Source of the DNA: a virus
Length of the DNA stretch: 64,000 nt
Direction: 5' to 3' (one strand)
Virus record (IMG/VR): IMGVR_UViG_3300045988_159790
In this document: positions 23,160 through 34,457 of the stretch, one piece after another
Layout: every line of letters starts with the position of its first letter
Position numbering within the stretch: the first letter of the stretch is position 1
Translations under genes and position numbers: made by a program
Notes under the pieces: generated by a model
What the model was told of the DNA's origin: nothing
The model's database searches: none
The model's input: the letters and a program-made list of their open reading frames with translations, nothing else

Positions 23160-24314
23160 GTGTCAAGAAAAAGTAATAAAAATACTGATACAGCATTATT
23201 TACTGCTAATGAAATTGAAGAGATAATTACTAATGTAGAAGGAATATTTAATTCTACAGAAGTAGATAATATTAGAGAAAAATTATTCAATATTTTAACA
23301 AAATTAAAAAGCTTAAAAGAAGACCTTATAAATGAATCTAATAAAAGAAATACTGTAAAACAAATGCGAGATTTTATAACAAAGAGATATACTGAATTAA
23401 AACCAAAAGATATACAGACGAAAAATCAAATGATAAAAATATATAACCATCATTTAACACAGTTATATGCTGAAGTTTATTTATGGATTATGAAAACTAG
23501 AGAATTTTTAACAGACCAAATAATTGATTATCATATATATTTTGGTGATGATACAAATAATATTAAATTATTAGATTTGAATGATTATGAGCTATTAAGA
23601 GTTTTAACTGGCTCAGTAAACGAAATTAAAATAGTGACTAGTAAGCTATTAGAACAAATTAGACAAGAAAGATTGGAAGGAAAACAGTTAGTTCAAAAAG
23701 AAGGAATACTTTCTAATGAAGAGAAGCAAAGAATAATAGATAGTCAAAATATTTCAGATTCACAAGGCGCACAACTTTCTAAATATTACAATTTAGCATT
23801 ACAAAGTGGGCATCTTAAAAAAGAAGGAAATTCAACTTATTATGTAAAATTACCATTTCCAAAGTACCAAAAAGGAAAAGGGAAAGAAAAGGAAGAAGTA
23901 AGTTTCAATTTTGGACATGTAGCGGAAGGTTTTGATACAGCTTTTAGTGAGGCACAAAGAGACGAAAAATTATTCACATTAAACGATTTTGCTATTAAAA
24001 TTGAACGAGATAATGTTAAAGCAGCTCAAGGTGGAGATAATTCTACATATATGTTTCATCATTATTCTGTTAAAGCGAATATGAAAGATAGTGGAGCTTC
24101 TCTTCAGCTTACTTCAACTATAATGTTAAATTTAGATAGATTAATCAAATTACTAAATACAAACACTGAAGAACTAAAGAAAAGAGAAGTTCTAAAAGAG
24201 TTGTATTTTAAAGAAAAAAAATATGAAGATTTAAAAAATGGTGCAGAATTAATGAATTCTCAGATAGATAAAGCTTTAGATATCGTTCTAAATGATTTTA
24301 ATAAGAAGACTTAG
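23160..24314 (+). CDS. hypothetical protein in tail assembly chaperone position (K/E-rich, helical)
   Basis: GTG 23160 with AGGAGG RBS (track TTG 23139 less likely); between major tail and tape measure. Confidence 0.5.
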   Translation: MSRKSNKNTDTALFTANEIEEIITNVEGIFNSTEVDNIREKLFNILTKLKSLKEDLINESNKRNTVKQMRDFITKRYTELKPKDIQTKNQMIKIYNHHLTQLYAEVYLWIMKTREFLTDQIIDYHIYFGDDTNNIKLLDLNDYELLRVLTGSVNEIKIVTSKLLEQIRQERLEGKQLVQKEGILSNEEKQRIIDSQNISDSQGAQLSKYYNLALQSGHLKKEGNSTYYVKLPFPKYQKGKGKEKEEVSFNFGHVAEGFDTAFSEAQRDEKLFTLNDFAIKIERDNVKAAQGGDNSTYMFHHYSVKANMKDSGASLQLTSTIMLNLDRLIKLLNTNTEELKKREVLKELYFKEKKYEDLKNGAELMNSQIDKALDIVLNDFNKKT

Positions 24315-24317
24315 AAA

Positions 24318-24346
24318 TTGACAATTTAAAAAAAATATGATATACT
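24318..24346 (+). promoter_or_regulatory. internal promoter TTGACA-17-TATACT upstream of 24376..24903
   Basis: Read from sequence. Confidence 0.6.
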
Positions 24347-24375
24347 ATAATTAAGAAATAAAAGGAGGGCTAATA

Positions 24376-24903
24376 ATGCCAAGTTTTAAAGAGTTAGATA
24401 TATCAGTAAATTCTGATTTATATTATGAGGGAGCAACTATAAATAATCACCCTATAAAAGTAAAGCAATATATCCCTATTGAAGAAAAAATAGAGATTGC
24501 GACAAATGTATTAAAAAATTCTTTTGATGAAAAGAATAGTTTTGCCAATCCTTTTAAAGTATCTGTTTATTTTGCTTTAGAGGTTATATATCATTATACA
24601 GATATTTTCTTTACAGATGAAGAAAAAGAAGACCCTACTAACTTATATAACATTCTTGAAAGTAATGATGTTATAAGTGCGGTTATTTCATTAATACCAA
24701 AAGATGAATATGATTATTTAAAATCAACTACAGATGAATTAATTAAGAATTTTTATGCTTATCGTAATTCTGTGTTAGGTATTTTAGAAGCTGTTAATGA
24801 AGATTATGCTGTTACACAGGCAGATTTAGACAATATTATTAAGGAAGTAGAAGACCCTAATTCATTAGGATTATTAAAAGAAATTATGACAAAATTGGGC
24901 TAA
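24376..24903 (+). CDS. hypothetical acidic protein in tail assembly chaperone position
   Basis: RBS AAAGGAGGG; own consensus promoter 24318-24346; terminator 24960-24996 after. Confidence 0.5.
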   Translation: MPSFKELDISVNSDLYYEGATINNHPIKVKQYIPIEEKIEIATNVLKNSFDEKNSFANPFKVSVYFALEVIYHYTDIFFTDEEKEDPTNLYNILESNDVISAVISLIPKDEYDYLKSTTDELIKNFYAYRNSVLGILEAVNEDYAVTQADLDNIIKEVEDPNSLGLLKEIMTKLG

Positions 24904-24959
24904 AATGTTCTATCGGTTCATAGGTTTCTCGAAATATTTTAGAAAAAGAAAATTATAAT

Positions 24960-24996
24960 GGGAATGTGATATTCATATCGCATTCCCATTTTTTAG
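24960..24996 (+). terminator. intrinsic terminator before tape measure gene
   Basis: GGGAATGTGATATTCATATCGCATTCCC + ATTTTTT. Confidence 0.7.
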
Positions 24997-25020
24997 TATA
25001 GAGAAAAAGGAGAAAAATGA

Positions 25021-28000
25021 ATGGCAGGAAGAAAAAGAATTGATATTGATATAGGGTTCAATACCGATACCTCAAGAGCAAAAGCTCAAATTCAAGATTT
25101 ACAAAAACAGATAGTTAATTTATCGGTTGCCGCAAAGCAGAATACAGCAACTAATACCTTATCTTCTGATATTTCCAAAGCTGTAATAGAAGCTAGTAAA
25201 TTAAATGGTATATTATCACAATCAATGACTTTTAAGGGAGATAACCTTGATTTATCTAAATTTGTTACAAACTTAAATAAGTCTGGTACTACTATTTCTC
25301 AAGTTCGTAAGAATTTAGAATCATTAGGTCCTCAAGGTCAAAAAGCATTTACATCTTTAGCGCAATCTATTATGTCTGCGGAAGTTCCTTTAAGACAGTC
25401 TGAAGGACTTTTAAAGAGTTTTTCTACTACTCTTACAAATAGTGCGAAATGGACTGTAGCTTCAGGTGCCGTTCATCAAGTACAAACAGAATTTAGTAAA
25501 GCTTTTGAATATAGTAGAAAGCTTGATAAATCATTAAATGAAATTAGAATAGTATCTGGAGAAAGTTCAGATAATATGGCTAAATTTGCTAAACAAGCAA
25601 ATGAATCTGCCAAAGCTTTAAATACAACAACAACTGCATATACAAATGCGGCATTAATCTTCTATCAGCAAGGTCTGGATACTGCCGCAGTTAAGGAACG
25701 TACTGATGCAGTTACAAAGATGGCAAGTGTTACAGGAGAGACTGCGGCGGATGTTTCTTCTTATATGACAGCTATTTGGAATAACTTTAATGATGGTTCA
25801 AAAAGCGTAGAATACTTTGCAGATGTTCTTACTGCATTAGGTGCGGCAACTGCATCTAGTACAGATGAAATCGCAGCAGGTCTTGAGAAGTTTGCTTCTA
25901 TTGGTAATACTGTAGGTTTATCATACGAATATGCTACTTCTGCTCTTGCAACTGTTGTTGCAGAAACTCGTCAGTCCGCAGATACTGTAGGTACTGCATT
26001 TAAGACATTATTCGCACGTATCCAGGACTTAGAGTTAGGTAATACTTTAGATGATGGAACAACATTAGGTCAGTATTCTAAGGCTCTTGAATCTATTGGT
26101 GTTAATATTAAAGATTCAAAAGGCGAAGTTCGTGATATGGATGATATCTTAGACGATATGGGTTCTAAATGGAAAACCATTTCTAAGGATACACAGATTG
26201 CAGTTGCGCAAGCAGTTGCAGGTACTCGTCAGTATAGCCAATTAATTGCCTTAATGGATAAATGGGATGTCTTCCAAGAGAACTTAAATATAGCTAAGGG
26301 TGCAGAAGGTTCTTTACAACAGCAAGCTGATATTTATGCAGAATCATGGGATGCCGCATCTAAGAAAATAAAAACTTCATTAGAAGAAATTTATTCAAAT
26401 CTTATTGATAGTAAAACTATGGTTGATTTAATGAAATTCCTTAGTAAAGCTATTGAAGGATTTGGTCATTTTGTTGATTCTGTTGGTGGAGTTAGAACTG
26501 CTTTTATTTTATTAGCAAATACTATAATTTCTAATCAAGGTCCTCAAATAAGCAAATATGTTGATAAAGTTGTTGATAACTTTAAAATTAAATTTGGTAT
26601 TATGGGCAAAGAAATTGAGGCAACCCGAGAGAAGGCTCAAAAAGAATATAAAGCTATGATTGCGGGAATGGATATAAGAACGCCAGAAGACCGTGCGCAA
26701 GTAGCTAATATGAAAGCAAATTATGATATTGAAAATGCTATTTTTGAGAAGAAAAAAGAGTTAGCTAAAATAAATGCAAATTTAACTGAATCTCAAATAG
26801 AACAAATAGCTAATGAAAAAGCTCAATTAAAACAATTAACAGAAGAAGCTGAAGTTACAGCTCAGATTTATGATACTAAAAATAAAGCTAGACACGCTGC
26901 ATCTGACGATATTTCATCTATTGGTCAGAGATTTAAAAGCACTAATTTATCTTTAGACAACGTAGACAGTAAAAAAATTCGTGAAAAAATTACTTCAGAA
27001 GTAAACAAAGCTTATTATGCAAAAAATTTACCTGAAAATACTTTACAAGAGCTTTATGCAAAGAAAGTATTATTAGGTGAAGCAGATGAATTACCTAGTG
27101 AATATTATCTTAGTCAAAACTATAAAGGTATAGAAAAAACCAGAGCAAGAAATAGCCGCTATTGGGATATGATACATCAAGTTGACCCTGCAGATGAGAA
27201 TGGTAATTATAGATTCTCAGAAAAAGAACGAAGACCAACAAATAGTGCGAATATTAATAAAACAGTATATAAATCATACCTTGAAAAATATAGAGATACT
27301 AAAAAGTTAGCTGAAGGCATGGTTAATCCTAATTTTGATGAAGAAGCACAGGAAGCTCTTCAGAATCAATTTTTTGAAGACTATAATGCTGCAGAATTAG
27401 CATATGCTGGAAATGAAACTAATATTTCTACTAGTAATAAAGTTTTAAATTTATTTGATATGAATAAAGTTAAATCAGGTAAATTTTCTTTAAAAGATAT
27501 GCAAGAAACATTATCTACTCTTTATAATTCTTCAAATGAAAATAAGCGAATGATTGATGACCTTATGAAATTAAATGAATATAAAAAAGAAGGTAATATT
27601 AAAAAGCTTATTACTGGTCAGAATGTAGCAGGTGCAGATAAAACAGACTATGCTCATATGCTACAGATGATTGAAAACAATAGAACGAGTTATCTTACAA
27701 ATCGAGATACTCTTAGTGGCAATCTCAGAGGTGTTTTACAAAATTACGGTTTTGAAGCTACAGATGTTACAAAGATATCTGACGCACTTGATGAACAACA
27801 TAAAGCGATAAAGGCTTCAGATAAGTCTTTAGCAGATTATGTAAAATCTTTATTAGATGTTCAAAATCATTCTAAATCAGTAGTTGATTCTATTAATGAG
27901 ATGGGATTTTCTGTAGGTAGTATTGGCGAGAATTTTGCTAATGGCGCGAGTGCTATGAGTAGTTTTGCGATGACTGCTAATAGTGCTTATTCTGTTTTTG

Positions 28001-31000
28001 AATCTATAGAAGAATTATTTTCTGGAGATTTAAAATTAAGTATTGGTTCTATAATTGGACTTTTTACTCAATTGGGCTTTAGTGTGTCTGGTTTTCTTCA
28101 AACAAAGAAATCATTTAATCAATTTTCAAACATGCTTTCGGGAACTATTGGTAATAGAGCTACTTTAAAAGACCAAAAAGCATTAGAAGACAGAAAATAC
28201 AATTTAGCAGAAACAAAAGATAGTATTGATGCTTCATTTAAAGAATATCTTGAAAAGAAAAGTGTATTTGGAAAAGATAAAGGTAAACAAAAGAAATTAT
28301 CAGATTTTGCAAGTTTGATAGGTGAAAGTCAAACAATAGACTTGCCAGATAATTTATCTAAAATGAGTGCTGATGAAAGAAAAGATTGGCTTTCTAAAGT
28401 AAGTGGAGCAAAAATTGATTCGCAATATAGAACTAGAGATTCTAGACTTACAGGAATTACAAAGGGTCTTATTACAAATGATAATGAATGGGCAAACTTT
28501 ACTGAAAGTTTAAAGCAGAGAAAAGCTGCCGCACAAGAAGAGCAAGATATTGTAGCAACAACTCAAGCGGTTGAAGGTCGTGGAATTCAAATCGCAAGTA
28601 AAGTTTCAAAGGCAATGGGCGCAATTGGTATTGCTGTTCAGGTTGCAACAGCAGCGTATGCCGCGTATAACCTTATTCATAAAGCGGTTGTAGCTAATTT
28701 ACAAAAAGAGGCAGAAGAAAGTCTTAGAGTAGCACAAAATACAACAGAAAGAACAAAGCAGTATAAAGAAGAATCAGATAAAGTTAGTGAATTAAAGAAA
28801 GCTTATGATGAATTATATAATAAGTATAATGATGGAGAATTATCAGCTTCCGCATTAAAGAAACAAAGCTATGACCTTTGTATGCAATATGGTGAAGAAG
28901 AGCTTGCAGTAAAAGCATTAAGTGGAGAATATAAGAGTCTCGAAGAAGCTATGAAGTCTATTGAGAGTAAAAAAACAGAGAAAACACTTAATTCTGCAAA
29001 GCAAGAACAGAAAAACTATGAAATAGCTCTTAAAGACCAATTAAGTGCAAGTGCAGAAGAAGATTCAGGTAGAAGAGATTTTGTTAATGGAACTGAGACT
29101 ATTGACTTAAAAGGTATGGTTGCAAGAAATTCTAAAGAAAAGAATTTAGCTAGTCAACTTCAAGAATTAGGAGTTCAATTCCTTACAAATGATAAAATTA
29201 GTCTCCAAAGTTTAGCTACTGCAATTAAGACAGATGCGGATGCAGTTCAATCTGTATTAAATGATTCTGATACTTCTGCAGCAAAACAATTAAGACAGTA
29301 TTTATCAAGTGCAAAAGACCAAATTGATGGTTTAACAGAATCTATAGATACTGCGCATGAAGCCCAAAAGACTATGATTGTAGATGCCCAAAACTTTGAT
29401 GCGATTAATTCTATTGAAGACTATACTACAACATGGAGAAATATGGTCCATGAAGCGTTAAGTAAAGGTGTTTATGATTCTATTGAGGATGCTTCAAAAT
29501 GGGCAAATTCGTATATGTCTGCTATTGATAGTATAAAAGAATATGCTCAAACTGCAACAGTTGCTGACACTATTATGTCTAATACTTCTACAGATGTATT
29601 TAAAGATATTCAAAAACAGAAAGATGAAATTGATAAGAAGACTACTGAAGATTATCTTAATGCTGTTGGGGATAATGCTAAATATATCTATCAAGATAAA
29701 GGTTTATTTGGTACGGGTCTTTTTGCAAAAGGTGAAATAACTGAAGAAGAATACAATAGCCATAATAAGTCTTATAATCAAGTTGGCGCAGGCGGTAATT
29801 ATATATATACTAAAGAAGTTGACCAAAATGCTGTTCAAGAATGGAAAGATAGTCAAAAAATAGCTTCTGAATTAAATAGTTTACAATATTATGAATCTAT
29901 GACGAAAGCTTTAGATAACTATTCTACTTATGAACAAAGTTTCTTTAGTGATAATTTTTCTCAGTTGCTTAGTGAAGCAATGGAGAAGAATAGTAATAAT
30001 ACAGAAAAAGCTTTATCTTCATTGGCAGAAAAGCTTCCTAATGTATTTAAAGGAAGTGCAGAAAAAGGCGAAGCTGATTATGCACAAACTTTAGTTGATG
30101 GTTTAATTACTGATAAAACAGAACTAACAGATAAGCAAAAGAAACAAATTCTTGATACTCTTGATTTTTCCGGTGTTACATCTGAAGGTGTATCAGTTGA
30201 TGAAAAAACTTTAAATAATATGGATTGGTCATCTCAAGCTACTCTTATGGCATCTTTCTATGGCGAGAAATTAAAGTTAATTGAAGAGACTGGTGATGCG
30301 GCAAGAGAAGAAGCTCAATTAGAAGCTGATACATATAAAGAAAAATATAAAGAGCAAATAGATGACTATAAAGAAGCTCAAAAAGAATTAGAATTATTAT
30401 CAGAAGATTCAGATGCTAATTTCACTCAAGATGATATTGGTAAATTAGTTGATAAGTTTAATGGCAATGATTTAAGTGGTCTTAATAGTGACACTATTAG
30501 AGATTTAAAAGATGCTATGAAAAATCAAGGCTATGGCAGTGATGATAGTGATGTTGTAAATTTCTTTAAAAAGCTTAGTAATAAAAAATATTCAGACCAG
30601 TTAGAGAAACTTGATGATTTAGTTAAAGACCTTACCGTTGATTCAGAAGATTGGAACAAGGTTGTTAAAGCTGGCGAAAAAGCGCAAGAAGCTAATAGTA
30701 GTGTTATTGATGAAATTCAAACTGGGTATAAGACTCTAACATCTGCTATGAAGGATTATAATGCTAATGGTTACTTTACTATGGATAATCTTCAAGCTAT
30801 CCTTGAACTTGAACCTAAATATCTTTCAGCATTAGAGTGGGATGGAAGTCAGTTTAAGTTAAATACTGCTGACTTAAAAGAGATGACTAAGGCTAAACTT
30901 GCGGATATGGCAGTAAGTCAAGCAAGAATTACTGTAGCTAAAGTTGAATCTATTTTATCAAGCGATAATGTAGTTAATGCAGCTATGGAATTAGAGATGA

Positions 31001-34000
31001 CTCAAAAGTTGACTACATCGACAATGAGTTATGCAGAGACTTTAATTGCAGAAGCTAGAGGTTTAGCTGCTGCAAACACAGAGCTTCAGAACAATGCTGC
31101 AGCAATGCAACAAGTTACAATGTATATTGATGCGCAGGAAAATGCGATTGCCGCGATAGGCAATGTTTATGATAATATTGATGCGCATTTTGATAAGATT
31201 ATGGGTAGTAGTTCTGCTGCTTCATCTTCAAAGAAGAAATACTTTGAAGATGAGTTCGATAGATATTGGGAATTTAAGAAGGCTATTGATGAAGTTGCTC
31301 ATGCAATGGAGCGCCTTGAAGATGAACAAGATAATCTGTACGGACAAGAATTAATTGATAATCTTAATCAAGTAAATGATTTATTAGTAACTCAAAAAGC
31401 TAATTATGAAGCTTTATATGAAGCACAAAAGGTTGAAGCAGAAGAATTAAGAAGCTCATTAAGTGCTTATGGTGCATTATTTGATGAGGAAGGTCGTCTT
31501 ACAAACTATGCAGATATTACGACATCTATGTTTGCACAGTATGGTAATGTTGATGATTCAGAAACATATGAAGAATTTAAGAAATATCTTGAAAGATATG
31601 ATACTCTTTATTATTCTGAAATGGTCGATACTACAGATAAGATTGTAGAAGAATCTAAGAAGATACTTGAAAATAATCTTAAGATTTGGGAAACAGATAT
31701 CCAAATTAACTTAGATTTAAAACAAGCTGAAAGAGACTGGAATGATTTCTTAAAAGAGATTAACAGAAACTTTAAATCAACATTTAGTGATGCAGGACAA
31801 GAGATTGAATATGCTTTAAAGAAAGCTCAAACATTTAACTTAAATGATGGAACTCTTGCAAGTGATATTCAGAAAGTTGAGAATATCAACTATGAAATAG
31901 ACCAATTGAAGAATGGCGGAACAAGTGATTTATTTAGTTCTTTATCAGAAGCAGAAAATGCTTTAAAAGAAGCTAACAAGACACTTCAAGATGATGCTGA
32001 GGAGCTATTCTCAACATATGAAGAAGGTTGGAACGCTTATTTAGAATATATTGATGATGTAGGAACGCATCTTGATAATATTAATAAGAAATATGAAGAA
32101 TTAAATGAAGAGCTTGAACATCAAGCTAATTTAATTAGTCTTTTATATGGAGATACAGCTTATGATAAACTTGCTAAGTTATATGATACTCAACAGAAAA
32201 ATAATTTAGCTCAATTAAAATCTTTAAGACAACAGACAGATTTTTATCAGGCACAATATGAGAAAGCTGTTCAATTAGATGGTGAAGATAGTAAATCCGC
32301 AGAAAAATGGCTTGAAAAGAAAAAACAAGCTATGCAAGACCTTCGTTCAGAAGAAGAGACTTACATTAAGACTATTCAAAGTAAATATAATAATACTATT
32401 GATAGTATCATTAAAAAAGCTAGAATGGCTACTAATGGCGGAGTTGACACTGATTGGGCTAGAACCATGTATGATTTAACAAAGACTAAATCAGAAGGTA
32501 ATTATGATGATGTTGAAAGAGTATATCAATTAACTTCATTACAATCTAAATGGAATAAATTAATTGCAGATACTACAGGAACTAAAAATCAAGAAAAGTT
32601 AAAGAAGATTATGGATGAGCAATTAGCTAATCTTGAAAAGAAAGCTACTTTAACAGAGTATGACATTGGTCTCGCGGAAAAAGCACTTGCGGTAGAACAA
32701 GCTAGAATAGCGCTTGAGCAAGCTCAGAATTCAAAAGATAGTATGAAGCTTACTAGAAATGCAGAAGGTAATTGGTCTTATCAATATGTAGCAGATGAAG
32801 ATAATGTTGCGGAAAAGCAACAAGATTTATTAGATGCTATTAATGATAAATATGAATATGTAAAATCTGCAAATCAACAAGCTTTAGATGATTTACTTCA
32901 ATATGAAGAAGATTTCTGGAATAAATACGCGGAGATTATGAAAGATGTTTCCTTATCTGATGAAGAAAGACAAAGTAGAATAGCTCAACTTTATGATATG
33001 TATTATGGAAAAGAAGGTATTCTTACTCAAGCTTATCAAGACTCTGCACAAACACAACAAGATTTAAACCTTGTTACAGCAGAACAATTATGGGCTATTT
33101 ACGAATCAGACCAAGAGAAGTATGCTACTATGACTGCTGCAGAACAAGAGTTAATAGATGGTTTAAAGAACGGAACTATTAAATCTTATGAAGATATTCA
33201 AGAAGCTGGTCAAAGAGTTAATGATGAAAGTCTTGACTATTGGAATACAACTGCACAAGCAATGGCAGATGCATGGAATGCAGATGATGGAATGAGTATT
33301 AAATCTCAGGTTAATGAAGCTTTAAAGGATTGCTCATCTGCATTAGGAGATTATAATGCAGATGTTGATGCAGGATGCGCAGCCGCAGGTGAAGATTTTA
33401 CAGATGTGGGTAGTGCGATAGATGATGTATCTAGTGCTATTGATGATTTAGATGGAACAACTGAAGATTATATTGACAATGCAGAAAAATTAATTGATGA
33501 TTACATAAATAGTTTAAAAGAATTAGAATCTCAATGGAAAGAAGTTAAGGCTATTGTTGAACAAAATATTGAAACTATGAAGAAATATGAGTTAGCAGCA
33601 AAGAGTGCTTCTACTGTCAAAACTCCAGCTGCTGCAGCTCCATCAAGCGGAGGTAGTGTAGGTGGAAATTCTACTGATATTGCAGATAATAACCCTCCGG
33701 AAGAAACAGTTCATTACTATTCAGTAGATAGCGCACCAGATGGTGATGGTTTAGTAGTAACAGTATATGAAAGAACGGGAAATAGTGAAAAAGCGATAGG
33801 ACGAGATGGAGAAGAGCCAAAAGATTACAGAGACCATAGAATTAGTTCTGTTTGGGAAGCTAGAGATTATATAAATCAAGTTTTATCTGATAATGGATAT
33901 GATGAAGAGTTAGACCCTAATGTAAATGTTCAAACAAGCGGTTACAAATATTATTTAGATAATGCAAGAGTAAATACATATTCTTTCGATACTGGCGGAT

Positions 34001-34353
34001 ACACTGGAGAATGGGATAATTCAGGAAGACTTGCAGTATTGCATCAAAAAGAGCTAGTTTTAAATAAAGATGATACAGAAAACATTCTTAATGCAGTTGA
34101 ATTTGTTCGTGGAATTGCAAGCTCTATAGGAGCTTCATTATTATCTCAACTTGCGGGAATGACAAATGCTACTTCTAGTATTCATCCAGTTAGTGCAGAT
34201 TACTTATCTTCTAATGTTAGTAATGCTTCTAATAATAATGTCTATAATGTTACTGCAGAGTTCCCTAATGCAGAGAGTGTTCAAGATATTAGAGAAGCTT
34301 TATTAAGTTTACCTAATTTAGTTAGTCAAAAAGTTAATGAAAAAAATATTTAA
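25021..34353 (+). CDS. tail tape measure protein (3110 aa)
   Basis: Very long A/S/Q/K/E-rich, largely helical ORF in canonical position after major tail/chaperones; RBS AAGGAG. Confidence 0.85.
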   Translation: MAGRKRIDIDIGFNTDTSRAKAQIQDLQKQIVNLSVAAKQNTATNTLSSDISKAVIEASKLNGILSQSMTFKGDNLDLSKFVTNLNKSGTTISQVRKNLESLGPQGQKAFTSLAQSIMSAEVPLRQSEGLLKSFSTTLTNSAKWTVASGAVHQVQTEFSKAFEYSRKLDKSLNEIRIVSGESSDNMAKFAKQANESAKALNTTTTAYTNAALIFYQQGLDTAAVKERTDAVTKMASVTGETAADVSSYMTAIWNNFNDGSKSVEYFADVLTALGAATASSTDEIAAGLEKFASIGNTVGLSYEYATSALATVVAETRQSADTVGTAFKTLFARIQDLELGNTLDDGTTLGQYSKALESIGVNIKDSKGEVRDMDDILDDMGSKWKTISKDTQIAVAQAVAGTRQYSQLIALMDKWDVFQENLNIAKGAEGSLQQQADIYAESWDAASKKIKTSLEEIYSNLIDSKTMVDLMKFLSKAIEGFGHFVDSVGGVRTAFILLANTIISNQGPQISKYVDKVVDNFKIKFGIMGKEIEATREKAQKEYKAMIAGMDIRTPEDRAQVANMKANYDIENAIFEKKKELAKINANLTESQIEQIANEKAQLKQLTEEAEVTAQIYDTKNKARHAASDDISSIGQRFKSTNLSLDNVDSKKIREKITSEVNKAYYAKNLPENTLQELYAKKVLLGEADELPSEYYLSQNYKGIEKTRARNSRYWDMIHQVDPADENGNYRFSEKERRPTNSANINKTVYKSYLEKYRDTKKLAEGMVNPNFDEEAQEALQNQFFEDYNAAELAYAGNETNISTSNKVLNLFDMNKVKSGKFSLKDMQETLSTLYNSSNENKRMIDDLMKLNEYKKEGNIKKLITGQNVAGADKTDYAHMLQMIENNRTSYLTNRDTLSGNLRGVLQNYGFEATDVTKISDALDEQHKAIKASDKSLADYVKSLLDVQNHSKSVVDSINEMGFSVGSIGENFANGASAMSSFAMTANSAYSVFESIEELFSGDLKLSIGSIIGLFTQLGFSVSGFLQTKKSFNQFSNMLSGTIGNRATLKDQKALEDRKYNLAETKDSIDASFKEYLEKKSVFGKDKGKQKKLSDFASLIGESQTIDLPDNLSKMSADERKDWLSKVSGAKIDSQYRTRDSRLTGITKGLITNDNEWANFTESLKQRKAAAQEEQDIVATTQAVEGRGIQIASKVSKAMGAIGIAVQVATAAYAAYNLIHKAVVANLQKEAEESLRVAQNTTERTKQYKEESDKVSELKKAYDELYNKYNDGELSASALKKQSYDLCMQYGEEELAVKALSGEYKSLEEAMKSIESKKTEKTLNSAKQEQKNYEIALKDQLSASAEEDSGRRDFVNGTETIDLKGMVARNSKEKNLASQLQELGVQFLTNDKISLQSLATAIKTDADAVQSVLNDSDTSAAKQLRQYLSSAKDQIDGLTESIDTAHEAQKTMIVDAQNFDAINSIEDYTTTWRNMVHEALSKGVYDSIEDASKWANSYMSAIDSIKEYAQTATVADTIMSNTSTDVFKDIQKQKDEIDKKTTEDYLNAVGDNAKYIYQDKGLFGTGLFAKGEITEEEYNSHNKSYNQVGAGGNYIYTKEVDQNAVQEWKDSQKIASELNSLQYYESMTKALDNYSTYEQSFFSDNFSQLLSEAMEKNSNNTEKALSSLAEKLPNVFKGSAEKGEADYAQTLVDGLITDKTELTDKQKKQILDTLDFSGVTSEGVSVDEKTLNNMDWSSQATLMASFYGEKLKLIEETGDAAREEAQLEADTYKEKYKEQIDDYKEAQKELELLSEDSDANFTQDDIGKLVDKFNGNDLSGLNSDTIRDLKDAMKNQGYGSDDSDVVNFFKKLSNKKYSDQLEKLDDLVKDLTVDSEDWNKVVKAGEKAQEANSSVIDEIQTGYKTLTSAMKDYNANGYFTMDNLQAILELEPKYLSALEWDGSQFKLNTADLKEMTKAKLADMAVSQARITVAKVESILSSDNVVNAAMELEMTQKLTTSTMSYAETLIAEARGLAAANTELQNNAAAMQQVTMYIDAQENAIAAIGNVYDNIDAHFDKIMGSSSAASSSKKKYFEDEFDRYWEFKKAIDEVAHAMERLEDEQDNLYGQELIDNLNQVNDLLVTQKANYEALYEAQKVEAEELRSSLSAYGALFDEEGRLTNYADITTSMFAQYGNVDDSETYEEFKKYLERYDTLYYSEMVDTTDKIVEESKKILENNLKIWETDIQINLDLKQAERDWNDFLKEINRNFKSTFSDAGQEIEYALKKAQTFNLNDGTLASDIQKVENINYEIDQLKNGGTSDLFSSLSEAENALKEANKTLQDDAEELFSTYEEGWNAYLEYIDDVGTHLDNINKKYEELNEELEHQANLISLLYGDTAYDKLAKLYDTQQKNNLAQLKSLRQQTDFYQAQYEKAVQLDGEDSKSAEKWLEKKKQAMQDLRSEEETYIKTIQSKYNNTIDSIIKKARMATNGGVDTDWARTMYDLTKTKSEGNYDDVERVYQLTSLQSKWNKLIADTTGTKNQEKLKKIMDEQLANLEKKATLTEYDIGLAEKALAVEQARIALEQAQNSKDSMKLTRNAEGNWSYQYVADEDNVAEKQQDLLDAINDKYEYVKSANQQALDDLLQYEEDFWNKYAEIMKDVSLSDEERQSRIAQLYDMYYGKEGILTQAYQDSAQTQQDLNLVTAEQLWAIYESDQEKYATMTAAEQELIDGLKNGTIKSYEDIQEAGQRVNDESLDYWNTTAQAMADAWNADDGMSIKSQVNEALKDCSSALGDYNADVDAGCAAAGEDFTDVGSAIDDVSSAIDDLDGTTEDYIDNAEKLIDDYINSLKELESQWKEVKAIVEQNIETMKKYELAAKSASTVKTPAAAAPSSGGSVGGNSTDIADNNPPEETVHYYSVDSAPDGDGLVVTVYERTGNSEKAIGRDGEEPKDYRDHRISSVWEARDYINQVLSDNGYDEELDPNVNVQTSGYKYYLDNARVNTYSFDTGGYTGEWDNSGRLAVLHQKELVLNKDDTENILNAVEFVRGIASSIGASLLSQLAGMTNATSSIHPVSADYLSSNVSNASNNNVYNVTAEFPNAESVQDIREALLSLPNLVSQKVNEKNI

Positions 34354-34457
34354 AAAATGGGGCAGGAAACTGCCCCAATATTTTTTTGGTCAGTTTTAAA
34401 TAATTTTGCCCAAAGAAAAATTAATTATTGTAAGAGATTAAAAGGAGGTTTTACAGA

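Noticed and set aside
23160-24903. Canonical -1 frameshifted tail assembly chaperone pair (G/GT) between major tail and tape measure
   Set aside because: The two ORFs here are separated by a promoter and each has its own strong RBS; no overlapping frame or slippery heptamer found, so no G/GT-type frameshift is claimed.
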